A stretch of 64,000 nucleotides of DNA from the human T2T-CHM13v2.0 reference genome, Homo sapiens: NCBI RefSeq assembly GCF_009914755.1, contig NC_060941.1; one strand, 5' to 3'. The notes beneath the pieces are model-generated. The model was not told the DNA's origin and searched no databases. It worked only from the letters and a program-made list of their open reading frames with translations. The first letter of the stretch is position 1, and every line of letters starts with the position of its first letter. Below are positions 54,543-64,000 of this stretch, piece by piece. A program made the translations under genes and the position numbers.

Positions 54543-54631
54543 GTCTATGGCCATGTCACCCTGAACATTCTCCGTCTGTCTGATCTTGGAAGCTAGGCAG
54601 GGTCGGGCCTGGTTAGTACTTGGATGGGAGA
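54543..54631 (+). pseudogene. 5S rRNA pseudogene, 3'-truncated (tailless retropseudogene)
   Basis: GTCTATGGCCATGTCACCCTGAAC...CTGATCTTGGAAGCTAGGCAGGGTCGGGCCTGGTTAGTACTTGGATGGGAGA matches 5S nt ~1-90; flanked by the direct repeat AGAAAAGTGG (54526 and 54629). Confidence 0.93.
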
Positions 54632-55719
54632 AAAGTGGGGCAGGGGCTGAGCTAAGGCCTTCGTCCATGATCCCAGCATCTCTCAAGTTGATCCTTGGGT
54701 TCCAGGATGCTACGGATAAGCTCTGGTCCCTGCCAAGACATGGTCTCTGTATGTCAGGCTTTGCTGCTCTGGGGGTGACAATGATAGCCCCATAGAGGTT
54801 CTCTTCATTGACTGAAAGGACCTCATGCACAGGGTGTGCTCATGCATGCTTGAGGGGCAGTCAATTCCCCTCTGGTCAGTTTCTGCCTCCCACACTCCTT
54901 CTAACTGCTCCCATTTGGTTATTTCCACAGAACTGCCCCACCTGCCCCTGCAATGAGTCTTCACACATACCATACTGGCCTCTCCTTCTCAGGGATGGGA
55001 GCGAGTGGAGAATGGCGAGTATAACTTAGGTTGGCAACTCTTTTTTTTTTTCTCCTTTTAATAAATCTCCCTGATCCTGCTGTGAAGCCCCAGGGTTGGT
55101 TTAGGTGGGAGGGTCGGAGGCTGAGATGGCTCCTTTCCTTTTTATTACCATCAGCATATTTGGGTAAAAGACAGAGCTGCCAACCAATGATGGCTATGGT
55201 AGCCTTGCAGTCAGAGAGAATGTGTTTATGAAGACGGCAGAAAGAGAGCAAGCGGACCCAACGCCACTCCCACCCCACTAAGAAGCCACTTCACAGCACA
55301 TACTTTTCCTGAATCATCAGTTGGACCTAATTCCTTTTAGCTGTTAAGAAAAGCTGAATCTTGTCTAAAAACAGTCCCATCTATAATATTAAGTCTGGCC
55401 CTAGGGTTTGTGTTAATAAATGGCTATAGTGTAAAACAACCTGAAACTTCTGCTTTGCCAATTCTATTCTAGATGTGGATGAGTCAGGGTTCTGGGTTGC
55501 AAGAAACAGCGAGTAATTGGCAAATGTGAGCAGAAAAGGAATGCACTGGAAGGAAATCAGGGAGCTCATGTATTCTTCGAGAAGGCTGGAGAATCAGGCT
55601 TGGAAAAGGCAGAGCCAAGGGAGGTGTGGGAGCAGGAAGCCCAGCAAGGGGCTGCACAGACAGCATGACTCTCCCCCTTCTTTTTTAATAGCGTTTTTTT
55701 TATTTGTGCAGTAAGCCAT

Positions 55720-57610
55720 TGGCTTAAAAAATGTTTTAAGCATTTTAAAGTTACAGTTTAGTAGCATTAAGTACATTCACATTGTTATGCAAATATAATC
55801 AACCTCTATCTCTGGATTTTTTTCATTTTCCTAAACTGAAACTCTGTATCCATTAAATTCTAACTCCTAACTCCTCATTTGCCCCTTCTCCCGGCTGCTG
55901 GTAACCACCATTCTACTTTCTGTCTCTATGAATTTGACTATTCTAAGTACTGATGCAAGTACTTAGTATAAGTACTAAGTACTGATGTGATGTAAGTACT
56001 TAGTATGAGTACTAAGTACTGGTGTAAGTACTTAGTATAAGTATTAAGTACTGGTATAAGTACTTAGTATAAGCATTAAGTACTGGTGTAAGTACTTAGT
56101 ATAAGTACTAAGTACTGGTGTAAGTACTTATGTAAGTACTTCACATAAGTGGAACCACACAACATTTGTCCTTTCATCACTGGCTTATTTCACTTAGCCT
56201 AATGTCTTTAAGGTTTATCCATGTCGTAGGTCAGAATTTCTTTCCTCTTTAAGGCAGAATAATGTTCAATTGTGTGTCTATACCATATTTTGTCTATCCA
56301 TTCATCAATCTATAAACTTGGGTTGCTTTCATCTTTTGGCTATCGGGAATAATGCTGCTATAAACATGGGTGTGCAAATATCTCTTCAAGTCCCTGCTTT
56401 CAACTTTTGGGGTGTATATAACCAGAAATGGGATTGCTGGATCATATTGCAATAATCTTCCTCTCATTCCTACATCTTTATGACCCTCTCTTAAGATGCA
56501 ATGTTCAGGGAGGAGTACAGCCAACATTCATGGTGCCCTTGACCACACTTTCTCAGGCTGCCTCTCATTGTGGCCACAGCTAGGTGCAGGCATGCTGAGT
56601 CTTCCACCTAAAGCACCCACTGCTTCTCTGGCTGAACCCCAAGGAATTCACTCAGTTTTCAGTCTGCAGCCCAGAAGTGATGGGAGAGTTAACACACTCC
56701 AGAGTCTATCCTCACTCAGTGCCCCAGTCCCCCTCCTTTAAAACAAAAACAAAAACAAAACAAAAATCCTGCTTCATTATATCATATAATTCACTTATTT
56801 AAAATGTAAACTTCCATTTTTTTAGTATATTCACAGAAATGTACAACCATCACCACAGTCAATTAATTTTAGAACATTTTTATCATGCCCAAAACAAACC
56901 CTTTAAGCTATCACCCTCCTACTCCCCTAATCCTCTCATCCCTAGGCAGCCACTAATCTACTTCATTTCTCTATAAATTTCCCTGTTGTTAACATTTCAA
57001 ACAAATGGAACCATAGAGTACATGGTCTTGTGTGTCTGGCTTCTTTTGCTTAGCATAATCTTGTCAAGATTCACCCATGTTCTAGCATGTATCAGAACTT
57101 CATGTGGCTCATGCCTGTAATCCCAGCACTTTGGGAGGCTGAAGTGGGCAGATCACTTGAGGTCAGGAGTTTGAGACCAGCCTGGCCAAGAGGATGAAGC
57201 CCCGTCTCTACCAAAAATACAAAAATTAACCAGGCATGGTGGTGCGTTCCTGTAATCCCAGCTACTTAGGAAGCTGAAGCAGGAGAAACACTTGAACCCT
57301 GGAACCCAGAGGTGAATATTGCAGTGAGCCAAGATCACACACTGCACTCCTACATGACAGAGCGAGACTCTGTCTCAAAAAAACAAAACAAAACAAAAAA
57401 ACCTTCATTCCCTTTTATGGCTGAATAATATTCCACTGTATGGATATACCACATTTTATTTATCCCTTCATCAGTTGATGGACATATTTGGGTTGTTTCC
57501 ACCTTTAGCTATTATGACTAGCATTACTATAAATATTCATATACAAGTTTTTGTGTGGACATATGTTTTCATTTCTCTTGGGTACATGACCAGGAGTGAA
57601 ATTGCTCTAG
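55720..57610 (-). mobile_element. Antisense L1MA/MB 3' fragments (55720-56445; 56760-57610 with Alu 57104-57400)
   Basis: 'aaccaccattctactttctgtctctatgaatttgact', 'ttatggctgaataatattccactgtatggatatacc'. Confidence 0.75.
55945..56140. repeat. 32-bp-unit minisatellite, ~6 copies, built from AGTACT palindromes
   Basis: Unit AAGTACTGGTGT-AAGTACTTAGTAT-AAGTACT; GG anchors at 56021, 56053, 56085, 56117. Confidence 0.92.
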
Positions 57611-57837
57611 GCTTCCGTTAAGAGTAACTGTGAGATTCATTCTATATTGTTCATCAGATGGTCCCCAACAGGATGGATGGAGCTCCAGTGTCCACACTGA
57701 GAAGCTCAGCAAGACAGCCTTCATTGTTGCCACCTCCTTTTACATCTCACTTTCCTCACTCCTACAGCCTTGCTCCCTAGGATGACTCCCAAAATAAACT
57801 CCCGACACCCATGCCCTTGCCTGTTGTTCTGCTTTCA

Positions 57838-58221
<384 letters not shown>

Positions 58222-59353
58222 TCACGTGTCAGAGGCAAGAAGCATGAGGCCTCTTCACCTTCCATAAAGGGAGATGGCGCCCACTGCACAAGGTGTCTGA
58301 TGTAAACTAAGAAAAACCAAATAACAACAGCAACCAAAAAAAGGTGAAAGTCACAAGGTGATCCCAACGGGTGGAGGAAGAGGACTAGCATGTTAGATGC
58401 ATATGATGCTAACAGGGGCCCTGTATGCATTATTCTGTTTAATTCCCACAACAGCCCGGAGAGGTTGATAATTTGCCTGGGGTTATCCCAGAAGTGAAGG
58501 AGCCCAGATCAGCAGCCAGGTTCCTCCGATTCCAGTGGCTGTCCTCTGTCACCTCTCCCCACCCTCTGGTCAGTGCTCTTCACAGCAAACTGGTAATTTC
58601 CTAACTGCCTTTAAGTGAAAGTATCTTTTTGGCTCCACATTCTACTGCAAAGGAAGCCAGATGCTATTTTTCAGTCCTGTGAACTTTCCATTTCTGGCAG
58701 GTGGCTGGCTCTCCTTTTCCCTGGATAGAATGTAATTTCCATTTGCTTTCCAGCAATCTTATTGATTGAACATGCTTCCAAATTTTTTCATCTTTGACAC
58801 GTTTCTTACAATGTAATTTTACAGGGCAGGAATCATCCTTGTTGAAGAGGAGAGTCCAAGACGGGGCGGCATTCTTGTGTAATGAGTTGCTTTAGCTTTT
58901 TCTTTTTTTCTTTTTCTTTTTTTTTTTTTTTTTTTTGGCTAAAACTAAGAATGTGTCAGTGGCAAACACTAAAAATCCACCCCCATTACTTCTTGTGGCT
59001 GTTCCTGAGGGATGTCAGTGATAAAGTCACCCAACTTACAAACTTTACAGTGAGTCACTCATCCCATTAAAGGCCCTTGAGATGTACGATAACAGCAAAA
59101 AAAAACCCCACCTTTCCAGAAGGATATCATAACAATTAGAAAATCAGTCATGATGGCAGTGAACCTCAATGTTCTGATCCACAAAATAAGGCTTTGGTGA
59201 AGAATAAATGAAATTACATTTGTGAAAATTTTGCAGTGTGAGCTTTTATTACTCGTATCTTTACAAAGAACGTAATAGATACTGCTACATTTTTGCAAAG
59301 CAAGCTGACATCTGGAGTATGAAACAATCATTAATAATTATCTGTGCTGGTCA

Positions 59354-59461
<108 letters not shown>

Positions 59462-60056
59462 TTATATAAAAAAATTAAAAATCAGCCAGGTGTTGTGCCA
59501 CACACCTAAATTCCTAGCTACACTGGAGGTTAAGACAGGAGGGTTGCTTGAGCCCAGTAATTCAAGGCTATAGTGAGCTATGATTATGCCACTGCACTCT
59601 AGCCTGGGAGACAGAGATAGAGCCTGTCTCTCAAAACAAAACGAAAACAAAACAACAACAACAAAAAGCTGGGCACAGTGGCTCATGCCTGCAACCCCAG
59701 CACCTTGAGAGGCCAAGGCAGAAGGACTGCTTGAGTCCAGGAGTTCTAGACCAGCTGGACAATGTACCAAGACCCCCATCTCTTTAAAAAGTGTAGCTGG
59801 GCCTGGGTGGTACATAACTGTAGTCCCAGCTACTCAAGAGGCTGAGGTGGCAGGATCCCTTGTGCCCAGAAGTTGGAGGATGCAGTGAGCTGTGATAGCT
59901 ACACACTCCAGCCTAGGTGACAGTGACAGAGCAAGATCCTGTGTCTAAACAAGAAAAAGAAACGGTATCTGTGCAAAAAAAAAAAAAGTATTCAAAAGTC
60001 TAAACCTTGTGTTAGAGACAGCCATTGCACAAACAAGAAGAAAGGGAATTCATTAG

Positions 60057-60317
<261 letters not shown>

Positions 60318-60607
60318 TAGCCAGGATGGTCTTGATCTCCTGACCTCGTGATCTGCCCGTCTCGGCCTCCCAAAGTGCTGTGATTACAGGCGTGAGCAAC
60401 TGCGCCTGGCCTATTTACAAAAATTTTTTAGAGACAGAGTCTTGCTCCATCATCCGGCTGCAGCCTGGACTTCCTGGGCTCTAACAATCCTCCTACCTCA
60501 GCCTCCTGAGTAGTTAGTATTACAGGCATAGGCTACCATGCCCAGCTAATTATTTTTAAAGTGTTTTGTAGAGGCAGGGTCTCACTATGTTGCCCAGGCT
60601 GGCCTCA

Positions 60608-61060
<453 letters not shown>

Positions 61061-62773
61061 TTAGCCAGGCATGTTGGCATGTGCCCGTAATCCCAGCTAC
61101 TTGGGAGGCTGAGGCAGGAGAATTGTGTCAACCCAGGAAGTGGAGGTTGCAGTGAGCTGAGATTGTGCCACTCCACTCCAGTCTGGGCGGCGGAGCAAGA
61201 CTCCATCTCCAAAAAATAATAATAATAATAGTAAATAAAATAAAAATAATAAAAATAAGAAATAAATATATCACCTCGTTAGTCCTTACAACAAAGCCAA
61301 TAGCCTTTGTTCACATAAGTGGAATCCCACTCCCATTTCATAGCTAAGAAAACTGAGGCTCAGAAGAGAATAGGACTTACCCAAAGTCTCAGGAATTCAT
61401 CTGAGCCCTATGGACCACCCCACAGCAGTGCAGATTATCTTTGCAAGGTATTACGTGCCTAAGACAGTCTTTCCAGTAGATGACTCAGTGAGCTGGCACC
61501 ACTTGCAGACTAGCCAGTAGAGTGACCACAGTGTATCAGGAAGATGTGTCACTGAGAAAACAAAACCAGCAAGGATTGTGTGATGCCACAGTGACTCACT
61601 GTGCCCAAGGTCCCCCACTCTAACTAGGAGTATTCCCCAGTGGCCTTTATACAATTTGCTGATCTTTTCCTACTTGGCTCGTCTACTCGCCGCACAATCA
61701 TTCCCATGCAGCCCCACCCCACCCCAGTCCCACCCGTCCTCCTGATGGGGCCTGCTTCTCATCCTCCGCTGAGGTGTCAGATTGACTTCCAGAGGCTTCT
61801 GCAGAGCACTTCTCACTCCAATCTCCTCCAATTCTCTAAGCACAAGCAGGAACCTGGGCATTTCCAGCTGCTCAAGCTAAGAGGTCCCCCTTCCAGCCTG
61901 GCTCGTGCTGGTGCTTAGGTGGGGCTCCTGTCCCTATCCCCTACAGCTCTGTTGTCTCTCGATATGTCACTCTTTGCACCAGAAAGAACAACCAAGGATC
62001 ATTCTCAATGCTTCACACAGAAACCCTCTTCTCCCAAATGAATTTCCCGTTCCCTTTCTCAGGGACCCCCAAAGGTATAGCTGCAGCCTCCCAGAACACT
62101 TATTCTACAGGAGGCTGCTTAGACCACAGCTGTATTCGGGAAAAGGAAATTTCATTAGGATGTAATGATCTCAGGCCTCCAAAGCCCTGGCTGGCTGGAA
62201 AAAGGAGGCTACAGTCAGGATCCTGTCCAAGCCGCCAGAAGAAGTGGCTGATGGCTTTCTAGGCTGCCTCTCTCTGTGCATAATCCTGCTCATATCTCAC
62301 TGGTCACAGCTGCAAAGGAGTTTAGGAGTGTAGTATCTTAGATGGGCACATATCCCTAGAAAAGCATTGCAAAGCAGAAGGGGAAAATGGAGTTGGGTAG
62401 ACAACAAGTATTCTCAGAAGATAAGGGCATAGCTGGCAATCTGAACAGTGAGTGTTAAGGTTAGCCATTCCAATATCACACAGATAAGAAAAGGCCCTAT
62501 GATTTGGCAACCAAGAGATTACTCATGGCCTTGGAAAAGACAAACCTAGCAGAACACTGGATTGGGAGTGGGGTTAAGCAATGAGTGGGGGTGAGGAAGT
62601 GGAGACATGGGACCCAGACTTTTCTACAGAGATGTTTCAGTAAAGAGAAATGAGGGCTGGGCGCAGTGGCTCATGCCTGTAATCCCAGAATTTTGGGAGG
62701 CCGAGACGGGCGGATCACAAGGCCAGGAGATCGAGACCATCCTGGCTAACATGGTGAAACCCCGTCTCTACTA

Positions 62774-63015
<242 letters not shown>

Positions 63016-63542
63016 CTAACCTTTATTTTGACTGCTTCTTTTCCTCTCCCCAACTCAATCTTGGCAAGAGTTACTAATAGCAAAATTGACTGACCTGAGT
63101 TCCAGCTTCTCTCTGTTCTTCTTCCCAGGGAAGGTGCTAATGAGGAATGAAATGGCCAAAGGCTGAACTGCGGGAGGGAGAAGTGAAGCTCTGGAACATG
63201 TAGCAGCTGAGCGTGGAGCACTGAGGATTTTCTCCATGACAAAAAGGAGTTTTATCATGGCCAGGTGTGGTGGCTTATGCCTGTAATCCCAGCACTTTGG
63301 AAGGCTGAGGTGGTAGGATTGCTTGAGGCCAGGAGTTCAAGATCAGCCTGAGCAACATAGCAAGACCCCGTCTCTAAAAAATTAATAAATAAATAAAAAG
63401 ATTAGCCGGGCATGGTGGCCTGTGCCTGTAGTCTCAGCTACTTGGGAGGCTGAGGTGAGAAGATGGCTTGAGCCCTGGAGGTTGAAATGCAGTAAGCAGT
63501 GATAGCACCACTGCACTCCAGCCTGGGTGACAGAGTGAGACC

Positions 63543-63727
63543 TTTTTTTTTTTTCTTTCAGTGAAAGTACAGAGATTTATTGCAAAGGCAGAATTACACA
63601 CTTAAGAAAGGGAAGTGCAAGTGCAATGGGGTTTGGAGTCCCTACATTTATGGGTTTATTGAATTAAGGGGTGGAATATTCATGAAGATTCCTGGAAAAA
63701 GATGGAAATTTATCAGAACTGCGGTGC
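63543..63727 (-). mobile_element. MER51/MER57-like LTR fragment with poly(A) at its polyadenylation site
   Basis: Minus strand: ...AATAAATCTCTGTACTTTCACTG followed by an A tail. Confidence 0.6.
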
Positions 63728-63986
63728 AAACCTAATGCTAAAAAAAGTTCTAATCATAGAAGAACAAAACCCCTTGAGAATTAAAATGAATGAAAATCCA
63801 TTTGCCTCTTTCATTACCCCTACAATAATAGGACTGCCCATAGTTATTTTAATTATCTTATTCCCAAATATTCTATTCCCATCATGTAGTCGCCTGATCA
63901 ATAACTGGCTGGTTTCTGTACAACAGTGACTAATATTAAAACAGATAATAATAATAATGTATAACATCAAAGAATGAATCTATCTC
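63728..63986 (+). pseudogene. NUMT: mitochondrial ATP8 3' end and ATP6 5' end
   Basis: In the mitochondrial code, ATP8 frame [20 protein letters not shown] (63766-63828) and ATP6 frame from ATG 63786 [54 protein letters not shown]; cut by a poly-T (probable Alu tail) at ~63987. Confidence 0.93.
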
Positions 63987-64000
63987 TTTTTTTTTTTTGA

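Noticed and set aside
55945-56140. Palindromic ~32-bp repeats as a CRISPR-like array
   Set aside because: No unique spacers, no cas genes, human DNA inside an L1; it is a minisatellite.
63702-63970. ORFs 63702..63929(+) and 63713..63970(-) as nuclear genes
   Set aside because: NUMT-derived; the TGA stop is a mitochondrial Trp codon and the start lies in an LTR fragment.

Overview
Human (hominid) genomic DNA, very rich in Alus (roughly 75 Alu copies or fragments). The first ~16.3 kb holds exons 1-7 of APOH (beta-2-glycoprotein I) on the minus strand. All seven exons were read directly, have canonical GT-AG junctions and give 982 coding nt in one open frame. Exon 8 lies before position 1. A liver-type promoter (HNF1, FOXA, GATA, AP-1 motifs) sits at ~16.2-16.3 kb. 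The remaining ~47 kb is upstream intergenic DNA with no further protein gene, built from Alu, L1M, L2/MIR, a long fragmented CR1/L3 relic, several LTRs, MER5 and MADE1 DNA elements, a tailless 5S rRNA pseudogene and, at the right edge, an old ATP8/ATP6 NUMT. I found no new multi-gene system. The most interesting unexplained structures are: (1) a microhomology-bounded templated insertion that puts direct repeats on both sides of in-frame exon 6; (2) an (AAGGG)13(AAAGG)21 Alu-tail repeat in intron 3 with the RFC1/CANVAS motif architecture; (3) a ~265-bp, ~90% identical inverted repeat pair; (4) a 32-bp minisatellite built from AGTACT palindromes; (5) an Alu/tRNA-Glu-like chimera within one TSD pair; (6) poly(A)-tailed, apparently L1-retroposed LTR fragments; (7) a NUMT preserving a non-human 43-nt ATP8/ATP6 overlap. 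Exon coordinates are exact. Repeat boundaries are approximate, and family names are by-eye calls.
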